Counted from the first letter of the whole stretch, positions 1 to 14,020 are shown. The stretch is 56,327 nucleotides of DNA, filler included, from Sluysia triapertura (GCA_046118255.1; 4 parts of 4 records of this genome joined end to end with filler, not necessarily neighbours in it); one strand, 5' to 3'. Notes: generated by a model from the sequence alone, not told the origin. Made by a program: numbers and translations.

Positions 1-2009
1 TGTCATTTTTGTCATTTGAGTGATTATCAGCATTTAGTAAAGATTTTCATTAATAATAAATTGTATTACGAATTTTTTGTTTAATAGTACAATATCGACT
101 TAGTTTTGATTTTTATTGTCAGGTACTTAAATTTGGGGATAATAGTTAGTGATACTATACGAGAAGATTGAAAAAATATATTTGATATATTGACTATTTA
201 AATTATCGAGATTCCTTTAAGCTAACCAAGTTAAAATTGAGTCGTAATAGCCAGTAATTTTTAAAGACGCAACACTATTATTTAAATCAACCATGTCCAA
301 AAGTACATATAAAAAATATTTAAAAAATTTGTGGAAAACAATGGGTCTATTATATAAAAAATCAGAACGCCAAAACATTTTTCACGTAACATATTACTAG
401 TAAATAACTATTGAAATTTAGACTAGGGTCCGATAAGTTAAATCTAGAATATCATCCCTCTAATAAAATTTATTAACTTGATTAATACTTTAATAAAATT
501 AGATATTTTCACTTTTAATCTATAGTATTGAGAAAAATATGAAGTTAAATAATAAATATTTTCCTTTTTATTAATTTATACAACTTTATTTTATAAATAT
601 TTATATTATGAAAAAAAATAAACTATTTTACCGATTCTCAATAAATATAGAAACTCGAAGTACTTAAACACATCTAATTACATCTTGCTGCTTTTTAAAT
701 TGACCAAGGATCAATTATTTTAATATTATGTGATGTATGACAAAATTATGATATGGAATATTATTTGACAATGTATTTTGAAGGCCTTCGGAATACTTTT
801 TTAATTTTTTTGCTGATGTCTATCAAATATATCAAATATTTATATCCCAAAAATATCGCAGTACGTTTATCTTTTTGTTATGTTTGACTTTTTGGATTTT
901 AACAATTATTATCACTTCATCTGATAATACAATGTTTATCAATACTATTTTCTAATAAACGTTTTTGAGAAAATCCCAATCTTTTTTTGAAAAAATTGAC
1001 AATTAATGCAATCCAATGCAATTGTTGCTTTTAGTGTTTTTCATTTGTTAATCTTTATTAATTTCGTTCGTCGATCATTTCCTCTCCTTGTTCTAAAAAT
1101 TTTATTTTTTTAATAGAAATTTTCTAATACAAAGTTTTTAAATAACTTTTGTAAATATCTAAACCCTATATTTACTTAATATTGCCTATACCAGCAAAAA
1201 TTTTGTTTAAACAAAACATATGTTTCCTTTTATATATTATTTTGAAACCAAAAAATGGCTTAATAATATATAACAGGAAAGATACATATTTTTGACCTTT
1301 CATCTTTAATCACATATTCTGCTAATATTCTTGGGTTTTTTATATTTAGTATTTTCAATTTTAAATTGTTCAAAAAATGTCGACTAATGCTGATAGTGAT
1401 AATGAAATATTTGCAGACAAATTATCATGCAATTAAGACTTATATTTCTGAAGATAAGAACTAAGAAATAACATGATAGTTCTGACATTACAAAGATTGC
1501 AAAAATACAAAGTATCTCCAAAACATATTTTGAGTAGTGATGAAAGTGATGTGGGCAGTGATATAAGTGATTGGTCTGAAATTGAATCAAATTCTGATAG
1601 AGATCTTAAACAATAAATCATGCAAAGTTTGTATGAAATGCCTACAAAAATTAATTTTCAGAATATCATTAATTTAATTTTTATTCTTAGCACGGATTTC
1701 TATAGGACTTTCTAAAGTTGACTCAACCATCACTTATACTAACATTAAACTATGAAAATAAGGAAAAAAATATTATAAAGTATTATACAATATTATAAAA
1801 CAAATATCGTACTTCTTCCAAAGAGGCTGTTAATAAAATATGTCGAAATTGTTCATAAATTTGATGAGCAGATACGCGAATTCGAGCATCGTTTTTGTAT
1901 CGTCGACACTGAAAGCATAATACGAAATCTATTACTATTACTAGTACTATTATTATTATTATTATTATTATTAATATTATTATTATTATTATTGTAGCAC
2001 AATATTCAT

Positions 2010-3650
2010 TTATTCTTAATCTTTCAATTTTAAATCAACCTAAAATTCATTTAATTTAAAAATTAATTCTTAAAATAAAACTATTTCAAGATAAAATTAA
2101 AATCATTACCATTGAGATTATAATACTTCATATCAATTTAAAATGAGATTTAATAGAGTTAATATAAATTGAAAATTTAATAACAAATAGTAACCAATGT
2201 TAAATTGAAATTAAATGAATAATCATTTTTAAATGAGATTCCATAAAGAATGTAAAATCAAACTTTAAGAACATAAAATTCAATAAAAACTATTTTAATA
2301 CGTAAGTTAAAACCTGTAAGATCGAGAGTAACATCATTCTCGATCAGAATTAACTTAAATAAACAGAGAAAGCCATATCGACAAAAATCATTATAATCGA
2401 CAAAAATCATCTTAAAATAAGGATGAATAAAATTATATGTAATCAAAATTTAATAACAAATCTACAAACGTGAATATTCGGGCTGAGAGTAATATTTATC
2501 ACTATTATTTAAATTTATTAACAAAATTATCAAGTTAATTTATATTACTAACAAAATTATGGTTATATTATCATCATTATTATTTTCAATTACTATTTGT
2601 GCATTACGAATTAGTAATAAAATTTATAAAAATTTATAACGATATTTTATGATACATACTATCTACTTAATATTTAAATAACTAAATGCTAATAATAAAA
2701 AATATAAATACCACGCACAAACATTTTAATCACACAACAAATAAAAGAAAATCTGTACGTATAAGAGGAAAGGAAGATTAAAACTTAAAATTGGAAATTA
2801 CAAATTGATCGCTGAAACTTTTAAGATAAAAATCACAATTGGTTACCAATAGTTCGAACCTGAAGACACGAGTTTTACTTTATTACCGGAATTTTAGATT
2901 GGAGAATATACACAATAATTGATTAACGATTATTAAAATTTTAGTGAGTGATACATATTGTATTATCAGCCTAAATATCAAAATATCTAAATTCATTATC
3001 ATTATAATTATAAGTTCTTTTATAATTAAAAATTTATGCATCATTAATAACATTATTATTTAATCTTGTTATCTTTCTACAAAGTTTAGAGTTAATAAAT
3101 TTTATTGAATTTAATTTTCTTTATTGAAAGTAATATCCCGAAATTACGACATAATTGAAATAATTAAAATTTAATTTGATCATTCTTGCCAAATAATTAA
3201 ATTCCATATTAAAATAAGATAAAGGCTTACTTTCACGTTTCCATTTCAGGTCATTGAAACGAGTATCCGATCTCACACTTCCAGATAAATTGAATCCATA
3301 AATTACTTACAAAACAAAACGATAGAGGCCATACGACTTAAGATAAAACGATTACTTCGAGGATTTTAAGTTGTTATTGACGAATAGTAACTTATATAAG
3401 CAGAATATTTAAACTATTATTAAAGACCAAAAATTAAGAATTTGAAAGAGAATAATAACATTTTATAAATTTTACATTCATATTAGATCATAGTTAAAAT
3501 AGAATAAAGAGGTTTCGAATATTAAAGAAACTTATTAGTATAAAATAAAAGTTCGATATAAGTACACAGAAAATCTATAAAGTAAGACAGTACTCAAAGA
3601 CATTTAATTTTTATAAAGAACTACAACTACAAAAAATAATTTTTAAATTT
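2010..3650 (+). repeat. Copy of an unclassified dispersed repeat
   Basis: 2010-2250 matches 22155-22400 (+). 2340-3650 matches 23000-24420 (-), e.g. ttataatcga.aaaaatcat..aattatatgtaatca..tgaatatt.gg.ctgagagtaata and catt..aggt.attg.aacgag.atccga. Confidence 0.65.
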
Positions 3651-4069
3651 TACATCATTATTATTAAATTTTTAAATAAAATGTAACTCATACATAAACA
3701 TTTGAACTACATTTAATTTGGTAATTATTTTTGGATCGCTTTATAATACTCTTTCTTTTATAAAATTTTCGCTTTTACGAATTACAAAATACCGCAATTT
3801 ATTTCTTAGTACTACAATTGTTATAATTTGGAAAATCTTAGTACAATCTGTTTAATTGTAACTTCAATATAAATACCTTTGTATTTTGTTCAAAAATAGT
3901 CAATACTATTATAAAATTCGGCATTAAAAATAATTTAATAGGCTTTATTTGAAATGAATCTAAAAATTAATCATTAATAGATTCAGAATGTAAACAAAAC
4001 TTAAATATATTTTAATTTAAAAATATTTAATATAAAATGTGTGCGTAACAATATTTTTAATATAAAAAC

Positions 4070-4359
4070 CTTTCGAATTGTAAAAACTATATCAGACACA
4101 TGACATAAAGACGTTAATGCTGGATAATCGATATTATTTGCAATAGAACTTGATACATTCCATTTTCGTAATTCATTTTTCAATTTATCCATTACCTGAA
4201 GACAATGAGTCATATTTTCACGACCCACCAATAAACTACACTTGATTTCATTATCAATAATCGACAGTTTACTACGCATAGCACGTTCGCGATCAGATGA
4301 AATTATACAACTTTCTTTAGAACTAATACATTCTTTTTGTGGAGACTGTCGATTCAATA
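4070..4359 (-). CDS. Internal exon encoding a LEDGF/p75 (PSIP1)/HDGFL2-type integrase-binding (TFIIS-N-like) domain
   Basis: Polypyrimidine+AG acceptor (ttttattttag) at 4360-4370 and AAG|GT donor at 4070/4069. Peptide MRSKLSIIDNEIKCSL..NMTHCLQVMDKL..DIVFTIRK aligns by eye with LEDGF IBD MDSRLQRIHAEIKNSL..DVNRCIEALDEL..EMITTLKK. Confidence 0.6.
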
Positions 4360-5002
4360 CTAAAATAAAAATAATCAGATTACCGAAAAAATTATTTTTT
4401 AAATAAATTATTAAACATGAAAATAAATTTTAAAACTACTTTTATATTAGATTTTTGAGCGATTTTATAAATCTGTGATACGAAATATTTTGTGAAAATA
4501 TAAATTAATCTTAAAAAATATTATAATTTTGTTCAAAAATTAATGGATTTTAAAACTAAAAATATGTAAGATAAATGAAATACAAAATTCGAGAAATTTC
4601 CTTGACAAAATTGCAAATAACTTTAAATAAGTTTAATGAAATAATATAAGCAACTATAATACTCTCAGTAATTCCAAAAATAGAATTTAGAATACCAAAA
4701 ATAAAATAAAAGCATTTAAATAAAATTGAAAAATGCAATACTTATTACACTTAATTAGCAAGAAAAACTACAGATTGAACAGAAATACCTAAAGAACATA
4801 GAAAACACGTAATATTAATAAAATAGAAATACTAACACATACAAACGAATGTAAACTAACAAGGCGGATATAAATAAATAAAAGCCAAAATTAAAATAGA
4901 GAATGGAACTTAATTATTAATTATTATTGCTTGTAAGTCTATATTTGCAATAAACATTTTGCGAAAGTTTCTTTGATCATATAAAAACAACAGTTCAAAT
5001 TT

Positions 5003-5630
5003 CTAGGACAATGACAAGATACATGCAGCTACATTAAACAATGAGTCCAAAGTGGCTAGAAAGATAGACTGACGCGTTGAACTTGATTTAGAACGAGACA
5101 GTTCTGAACCTGTTGAAGTCATTGCTTCCATATGTTTAATTACAGATCGGTAATGCATCGTTGGAATGGAAGCTTTGTTCCACAGACTGATAACAGCATT
5201 TGACACAGCTCTGTATTTGTCTTTGTTTGAATCATTCTTTCTTTTTTTCATATGCAAGAAATGATGTGCAATTTGAAGATTTGTTGGAAGTACGTCGTGA
5301 GGAAGCTCACTGCCTTCGCCAAATACAGAGTGCCGTGTTACGCTTCTTGCAGCCATTAAGTTACAAAACATTTAATATATTGTTCTAAATAAATAACCTA
5401 CAATCGAAATAAACAGGCATACAAATTATACATACCAAATCTTAAAATTAATAAAGTAATAATATAATTAATCAAGCTGAAAATGCTGGTTAATGCAATT
5501 TAAAAATTGGGCACTTCCTGTAATACAAAAGCAATTTAAAATTTTGTTTCTTCTTTCAGAGGTCATTTGTCAAATAAATGCGGAGTTCCGTAATGATATT
5601 CTAATATTTTCTCTTTTTCAACCCACCCTA
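5003..5630 (-). mobile_element. 5' fragment of a DNA transposon (probably hATm-like) with transposase N-terminus
   Basis: 122-aa ORF with LP.DVLPT..QI, LWNKASIPT and LFNVAAC motifs typical of an invertebrate DNA-transposase N-terminus. Upstream end TAGGGTGGGTTG (minus strand, 5630 down). The family label is from memory. Confidence 0.55.
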
Positions 5631-5674
5631 ATATGTATAATATGTATTACTGGATAATTAATAATTTATACTTA

Positions 5675-5675
<1 letters not shown>

Positions 5676-5739
<64 letters not shown>
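5676..5739. repeat. (TAA)n microsatellite
   Basis: Direct inspection. Confidence 0.95.
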
Positions 5740-6437
5740 TAGTGCACATTGTCACCAGTGTACCTGTATGAATTATTTTTTAATTTCTCCTTTTTCAATT
5801 TGAGTTAGTCAAGAAATTTTATAATGTTTTATAGAATATTATTGAAGAATATTCAACATGTAACTCTTTGTGCAACTATTAACTCTATATTAACATTGTA
5901 TTAATGGTGACATGATTAAAATAAACAGAAAGTTAAAGTAAATATAAAATAATCATCGATTTTTGAAACATTTATAATTATATAAATTGAGATGAATATT
6001 AAATTAAAAATTATAATTTTATATGAAAAATTTAATAAATAAGTTAACATCTTTAGTGTTTATTTCTTATTTTTATTTATTTTGTACTACTAACATTCCG
6101 CCTTTAAAATTGCTTAAATTCATTTACAAACACTATACTTGAATATCATATTGGTTTTGTAATTACTGGATATCAGAATATTATAAAATGACATTTGTCA
6201 TTAAATAATTAAAATTTGCTTTGATGATTATTTTCAATAATTTCGTAAAATATGGATAAAATTTGGCATTAATTACAAGATGGTAAATTGTAATTACGGT
6301 ATTTTTGTCTTCCTTATATTCTAAACTCTTACTTTTGCAGACATAAGCCATTACGAAAGGGTTTGGCAACTGTATATTAAAATTTAAATTCGGAATGCTT
6401 TCAAATACTTATTTTAGAATAGATATTAGTGCTAAAT

Positions 6438-6458
6438 TTATTATTACTATTATTATTA

Positions 6459-6514
<56 letters not shown>
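6438..6514. repeat. (TTA)n microsatellite
   Basis: Direct inspection. Confidence 0.95.
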
Positions 6515-6517
<3 letters not shown>

Positions 6518-9061
6518 CTCTGTTATTAAAAAACAAATATTTATAAATCTTTAATTCATTATTTTTAATTAATAATTAATTCAATATGTTAATTTTTGCA
6601 TATAAATTTTAAATAAAATAATAGTTTAACCTATAAATACCTAAAATTTCAGATAATTAAATTAACAATAAATTTTTTATGTTTAATGAACATTTTAAAC
6701 TTTGTTTTTATTGTTTATAAATTTTCAGTAGTTTATGATTTTTGTTCGACTTTCCAATTAAAATTAACTTATCTTTCTTTGTTCAAGATAAAAGTGGAAT
6801 AGATTTATAAATACTGAAAATGTTTATTCCAATTCAATGTCATTTCATGAGACAAATAAAAACAAATGTGTATGTGGTGGCATTAGCTGCGTCAATTCCC
6901 TAACACGATTGGTGTCCGTGTAACAATTCATGAGCGAAAATAAATTTGTTTCAACATGTTTACATTTTCCACATAATATTCCTCCATCCTACGAATAGAT
7001 GCCGTGTTTGTTATCACCATAACTTAAGAAAATAGATTACCTGGCAATGTAAACAGTGCAAAGTACCTTTCGTATTTACCAAGATACTGTTCAAAATTAT
7101 TAAAATTTAACTTATGTTTTATCTTAATTAATCTTGTATTCTTCTGAATAAAATTATATTTGGTTATGTTTATAAAGTAAATGTATTCATCATGATGTTA
7201 CAGTAAAATTAAATACTTTCAATATGTTAAAAAAGTTTAAATAAATGAAGAAATAAAGTAGTCTATTTACAATACATATATATAATTTTCATTTATTATT
7301 AATAGTACATCGTGCAAATCGAATATAAACTACAATGTCTATAATTCAATCATTTATTTCATTTTGAAATAAAAGTAAATAGTACATGTAAGTATTTTGA
7401 AAAAAAACATGAAAGGGGTTGTCTATTCATAATAATAATAAATATACAGGTGTAATTCACATTTTATGTGTAGAAAGCAGAAATATAAGATTTTTTCTCA
7501 ATTTTTTCAACGAAGCTGTGCTCATATTCATACAAGATCCAGCTGATATAGTTTTTCTAATGGTATGGAATAAAATTTAGCAACATTTTCTCCATTACGT
7601 AAACGATCTAAAATTTTAATTTTGCTTTTCATTTGGCATCATAAAACTTGTACAATTTTAAAATTATAAAAACATTATAAACGGTAACTATGATAATGCT
7701 AAATCGTGTAAATCGAGTAAATCGAGGGATTATGCTTACATTTTAGCAGATTTTTCATGTTTTTTCGAGTGTTTGCGTTTAATACATGACGAAGTTGATA
7801 TGAAATATTCTCTGCAACTTCTTACGGATTGTTACTAATAATAGTAAACAAAAATTACTACGATAAAACATGTTTTTGTAGGAATATAATCTATTATTAT
7901 ATTGTAATAATATCTTATTTATTAATTGGCTCGAGTAATTAGAAATTGTAAAAATTTGTAACAATATAATTATAAAAAGTACATTACAACAGCTCATGAA
8001 ATATGAGATTGCAAATAAATACACTGTGAAATTATACTACTGGAATGTCATTGATAACACATTATAATATTTTTGATCGTAGCAAAACTCCAATGTGTTT
8101 CTAGCTTACTATTATTAAAATTTAATGAATGACTTTTTAGATAGTTTGGAAGTAGTAAATTTGTAGTGCTCCATTTTTAACTATCGCAATAAATGAGTCA
8201 TTTTTTAAGCCACTTTATAAAATTGTTTAAGAATGGTTTTTAAAGAAAATTCTACAATATAAATTCGAAACAACATGCGGATCTTCTCAATCACGCTTCG
8301 AAAATTTTCAAAGAAAACCAAAATGTCGATATCTTTTGTTGTACACTCATCCACAGAAGTTATCTAAGTTATTAACTCTTTAAGTACGAGTCTGATGAAT
8401 TTACTTGTTTTAATAGCTGAATAACGCTTATTTGTCGCTGCATATCTATTGATTATGCGTTGTTTATTTATGTTAGCGCTTGGTTTTTTTCAGTTGTATA
8501 CAATATGATAGGATATTTTAGATTTGTTTGTATTACGTCTACTGCGTACTTAGAATTTTACACGATTCTCAGACAAAACATTGTTCGTTTTTGTAAATTT
8601 TAGTTTTCACATTATCTCATCAAATCTAAATTTAACAAATGCATTGAATGAAAGCTTTCCAAAAATGAGAGTTTTCACAATATCAACTTCTCACCAGCTT
8701 GTTAAATCCCTTGACGATTTTTAATTAATGTTATCATGTTAATAATTTTACACTTCAAAATTGATTTTTATTATCTATTTTCTTTTTAAACATAATCGCC
8801 ATTTTTAATAGTGACATCCAATTTTAAACAAGTTCTCTAGTGGTATCATGTTTTCTAACATCTATTTTGAAATTATTTAATATCAAATTAAATTAGAAAT
8901 AAATAAATAATCATTATAATCGTGAATATAATGAGTATAATAGTAGAAGTGATAAGAATAATAATTACAATGTTTAATTCAACCATGAATAATGTATAAA
9001 TAGTTTTAAAAAGTTTGACAATGTTAGCTTACCACAGGCTTCCATATAGGAAAAATGTAAA

Positions 9062-9199
9062 TACACCTACCCCTGGTTTTACACGTTTTCGCTTTTGCGC
9101 GGTTGAAAAAATTTAAAATGTGTTCAATAATTAAGTTTTAATTTTTTTTCAACGAAAAATAACGAGTAAAAAAACCGAGTGAAACGAAGAATAGGTGTA
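9062..9199. mobile_element. Short Tigger/pogo-like MITE
   Basis: Imperfect ~28-bp inverted ends TACACCTACCCCTGGTTTTACACG / CGAGTGAAACGAAGAATAGGTGTA with TA termini. Confidence 0.55.
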
Positions 9200-10253
9200 T
9201 CTATATATTTATTAGTATTTTCTTTCTGATTAGTCTGGCTGTTTAATAGGCCTACCACGTAGTAACACAATAATAAATACATTCATTAATTGTTAATACT
9301 GATTGAATTGAAAATGAACAATTATGATGAGAAAAAATACTAACAATTAACAGTATTCATTACACATCAAGAAATGAGAAAGATAAGATAAGTGTGAGTT
9401 GCAAAATTTGTTTCATTTACTATCTCGTCCTAGTTTAGCACTGAATTGTATTTATTTGTTTAAATATTTAAAATATTACTGAAAATAATAAATAAATGTG
9501 AAGCATATAATTATCAAAAGTTCGGATTGAAATGTGGTTTTAATAGTTTACGAAAATGTGACATATTAAGTTATGTATTTATAAATTTCAAATTTATTTA
9601 GTCAATAAAATAATCTTTTTTATTTCATTGATGTAAAAATCTTTTGATTTACATCATCTATTATTTCAAGTTAGAAGTGTTGTGCCGAATGAAATAGAGT
9701 AATATATGTGATAGAATCGACCAATTAAATGCTGTTAACACACTCCGAGTGAATTATACCTTTTTATTGATGAATGATGGTCGATTTTCTGATATAAGCG
9801 ATCCCACCAAACATACTTTGAAGAGTCGATTAAACTGGTTCACCTAAAGAAAGCTCAATTATTATTAACATATAATGACTATTTTTCATCTTCAATAACA
9901 ATTAGGTCCAAAAAATTTCTGTTTTTTCTATTCAAGCGGTTGTATGACTATAGTATGGTTAGTTCTCTCTTTGAATGTATTGAATTAGCTTTTCTATTTA
10001 GATTTTTGAAATTTTAATAAAGTTTTCAGTGGCCTTATACTTAAAAAAGATGTCATGTCGAATATGATTCTTATCATAAAACATTGAAAAAATGATAAGA
10101 AATAATAAAATAAATTTACTTTTGTTAATTTAAATTCATAATTATAATGAATATTTAAATAATGTGTTAAATTTCAACTTTTAAATTTGCGCAGAATTTT
10201 TCCGTAAAAACATTTATTTCCAACTTAATATTTATTCGTCCATGTTATAATTA

Positions 10254-10383
10254 ACTTTCTTACTTTCTACATTTACATTCACTTTCTTACTTTCTATATT
10301 TGCATTCACTTTCTTACTTTCTACATTTACATTCACTTTCTTACTTTCTACATTTACATTCACTTTCTTACTTTCTACATTTA
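10254..10383. repeat. 27-bp minisatellite, ~4.8 copies
   Basis: Unit ACTTTCTTACTTTCTACATTTACATTC. The minus strand reads NVNVESKKV repeats. Confidence 0.9.
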
Positions 10384-11210
10384 TTTTGAGACTTAAAAAT
10401 GCTTATTTTGATGTGTTACTAAAACATAATTGTGTTCTAATATTATTGTATCTGGAAAATTATATTTTAATTTTATAATCTCATTATTATTAATATTATT
10501 ATTATTATTATTATTACCGATACAATTTCGATCTTTCTTTACTCTTGTTGATTTACATTAGAATTATGAAACTGAATCTCTCTTGTTAATTATAATTCGT
10601 AGCATAATTTCTTTTTATAACTCAATCTGTGAATCAAATAATAACAACCTTTTCATGTTTCGAAAAATATTCTAATTTGTTTTAACTTTTTTGTTTGAAA
10701 AATTTTAATTATCGAATCGATTTTTACACAAAAGTAAATATTATGTAAACATTTCTATTAATTATATTGTATTTCTTTGTGTTTACTATAATGAGTCTGA
10801 GGATGATAGTGAAGATGTTATTATTTTTTTAAATGGGTTTCATATTTTTATGTGCAATATGGTAATAGTTACATAATTTAAAAAATTTTCTATTTTATTC
10901 TAAAAGTACAAAATTCTGTGTAATACGTTTATTTTGATTAACAATAAAATTGTAGATTATACAAATGTTATCAAAAATGATCTATATAGTTGCTATTGAT
11001 GGAATTTATTGTTAATTGTCTTGATGTTTAAATAAATAAATTTATAATATTCAATATATCACTTTTCGTATTTATTAATTACATTACATAATTATAAATT
11101 AATTCCAGATTTTAATTATATAAATATTTCTTAAACGTTCTATTTTTAAATATGTGTAAAATACAATGAAATACTTATGATACTTAATATTGAAGAAAAG
11201 TACAATATGA

Positions 11211-11231
11211 TGTGTGTGTGTGTGTGTGTGT
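11211..11231. repeat. (TG)n microsatellite
   Basis: Direct inspection. Confidence 0.9.
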
Positions 11232-11729
11232 TTAACTAATATTAAAGAGAAAACTGGTTGCATAATTATGTAAATTATTATAGAACTAAATTGGTTAGTA
11301 GTAGAATGTTTATATAAAAAGAATTTGATTATAATGAAGAAACTACACTATGGAAATTGAATGATTGTTGGTTATATTTCGATATAAGCAAAAATATTAT
11401 TATTATTATTCGGATATCAAGATTAGCCCGGGAATTCACATTAAAAATTTGGTTTTTCTACCGACCTTGATAATTAGATCTTGGACAATAGCTTAAATTA
11501 AATAGACCTTTAAAAAGGAGTTAATAAATTTGAATTTCCAATTACTATTTTGCATTTCTCCATCTCTATATATCTGTTACAAATTAAGATAAATAAACAA
11601 TAATTAATAATTAACAAAAGTTATTTATTACATTAATTTAAATTATTTTAAAATAAATTTTTTCAGTTAAATTCTTTAATTATATTTATATTGTAGTCGT
11701 ACTTTCATTTGTGTACTATTAATTCTTAA

Positions 11730-11951
11730 CCCTTTCAGCCCCGAATTTTTTTTCCTTAAGATATATGGTGATTTATTGTCTTTATAGATGATTTAGGAAA
11801 AATGTATGAAAATTGTAAATATTGACGTGAAGTAAAAATATATAGGTCAAAGTTCAAACAAATATATATTGAAAAGTTACGAAAAAGTTTATAAAAAGTT
11901 AGTAAAAAAAATCGCCATTGACGCCATATGGCGGTCCCGGGGCTGAAAGGG
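11730..11951. mobile_element. piggyBac-type MITE (family A), complete
   Basis: Perfect 14-bp TIRs CCCTTTCAGCCCCG / CGGGGCTGAAAGGG with TTAA on both flanks (11726-29, 11952-55). Confidence 0.9.
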
Positions 11952-12489
11952 TTAAAAACTTTTAGCTGCCTAGAGGTAAATGATTGTATGAAATTTATTT
12001 AAAAGAATTAATAACAATAATCAAGTTTATAAAATGATTTTTCGTCGATTCCCTTATACACGTAGCTAGGGATAAATTCTAGCTCTTGAAATCATAAAGA
12101 ACGACTAATTTTATATTTGAAACTAATTAACTTGCAATTTATAATGAAAATCAAAATGTGATATAATTTATTCGTAAAAGATGTTTTAAAATGAAGTATA
12201 TAATGATGCAATAACAATGTAAATTTTAAAGTAATTTTTTTACGATTGATCTATGAAAAGGTCGGGAAGTTTTAAACAAAAGAATTTACGTCGGATTTTG
12301 CGTATGATACTATACTGTATCGACCTTAAAATAATTAAACTAAATATTAGAAAATCTTGTGGAACTGGAATTACAGTTTTCAGAAAACACTGATTTACAA
12401 AAAGCTGTTATGATTATGTTTAAAATTGTGTTTTGATTACAAAAATTAAAATAGATGAATTTTTTTAACCTCATTAAAAATAATTAAAA

Positions 12490-12805
12490 TAAAATCCCGA
12501 GCATAAGCTGCAGCGTGTATTAGCTGCAGAGAACGTTTTTATGGAAGTGTATTTTAGTCGCATAAGCTGCAGCAAGTATTCGCTGCACCATTTGCGTTGA
12601 TGTTCTTGAAATTGAAGAAAATGAAATGAATGTGAACGAGTCTGATCCAAACATTGGAGTTTTATTTACAATGAAAAGTGTGATGGTTTTGAGGAGTGTG
12701 ATGTTGAAAATTGAAATAAATAAATAATCTTATCTTTAATTTGAATTGTTTTTTAGTTGTATAAGCTGCACATCATATTAGCTGCAATATTAGCTCGGGA
12801 TTTTA
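12490..12805. mobile_element. pogo/Tc2-like MITE
   Basis: Inverted ends TAAAATCCCGAGC / GCTCGGGATTTTA. Internal repeated ATAAGCTGCA/TTAGCTGCA motifs at ~12503, 12520, 12562, 12761 and 12778. Confidence 0.65.
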
Positions 12806-13920
12806 CAGTGTATTTTAAAATCCACAATAAAACATTGTTATTTCAAAATACGTAAATCATAAGCTGTCAACATTCAAACTCATCTTCAGTCAAAAACATT
12901 AATTAGTACTTAAAAGTTCACTTTAAACACATCGTACAATATTAAAATTATACTCAATTTTAAAATTCCTTAATATGTATCAAATGTCTTAAGAAATATT
13001 TTGTGACAGAAAGAAAGTTGGTGTTAATTACCAAAAAGGAATTTATGCATTTTATAATAATAGTAATAATAATAATAACATTCTTGTTATTATTACTAGA
13101 ATCATTTTTATTTTTATTAATTTCAAATCACAATAATTCTGAATCAGTATATACCACTGTCAATGTTGACATTGTGAGTTACAAATTCTTATCAACAATG
13201 CAAAAATAATTATTGTTATTAGTGGTTGAACAACCAATCAAGACAACCTCGCATTTATTACTGTGTATTAGTGGTTTATGGTGATTTGATTTGTGCTGAA
13301 AAGTAGTCATAAATATTGGCAAATATATTACAATAACAATTTCATTATTTGGTGACATAAAAATTTAATAACTTCTCTTTGGTAAAAACAATAAATCGAA
13401 TAATTAAAATTATTATTTTGTATTTTATAATTAATAAATAAATTAGATGCGGTTATGTTTTATTGAACACAATTGACGAACCTCTTATGATCACATTGTT
13501 AAACATAATAAATAATTCACATTTAATTATAGATAAACGTTTCGTAAAACGAGTATAAGCTCTAAACTATATTTCTCAAACAAACATACCTATAAACATT
13601 AAAACGATGATTTCTATAACTGAGTCGGAAACTACTACTTCACCAAATGAAGAACATGGTATTCAGGAAAGACGAAAATGTTTATAAATCAATATTCCAC
13701 ATAAATTTGATGAAATCTTCATTTATTATATTCACATACTCTCTATTCTAGATTCAATTTTAATGCTTCAAAGGAATTTATTAATCAAAACTTAGAGTAT
13801 TTCAATACCTCTATAACTTGAAAATTCAACATTTATAGCTTTTAGTAACAAAAATAATCTCAAATGAAAGAAAACCAATTGAAAACAGTAAGAATCTAGA
13901 TGTGAAACTAAATCTATTTT

Positions 13921-14020
13921 NNNNNNNNNNNNNNNNNNNNNNNNNNNNNNNNNNNNNNNNNNNNTTAATTAATTAANNNNNNNNNNNNNNNNNNNNNNNN
14001 NNNNNNNNNNNNNNNNNNNN
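13921..14020. other. Artificial contig spacer
   Basis: N44-TTAATTAATTAA-N44, with stops in all six frames. Confidence 0.97.

Larger units (their letters stand above)
7400..10700 (-). mobile_element. Decayed BEL/Pao LTR retrotransposon
   Basis: Minus-strand relic motifs in BEL order: IRIIFD (protease, ~10060), GEPV*STLQSMFGG (~9830), SRG (~8715), KYPIILY (~8510), integrase-like tail. Segment 8370-8560 is homologous to 50700-50900. Confidence 0.5.

Noticed and set aside
660-1920. Copia-like (KDKRTAIFLGYK, minus strand) and hAT/piggyBac-like (DEQIREFEHRF) traces
   Set aside because: Single short motifs with ambiguous family. Too weak to list as features.
10254-10383. CRISPR-like array
   Set aside because: Head-to-tail repeats with no spacers, no cas genes and a eukaryotic context.
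13965-13976. Recurrent palindrome TTAATTAATTAA inside N runs (also 25732, 44991)
   Set aside because: Identical six-frame-stop linker in fixed 100-nt gaps: an assembly/concatenation artefact.
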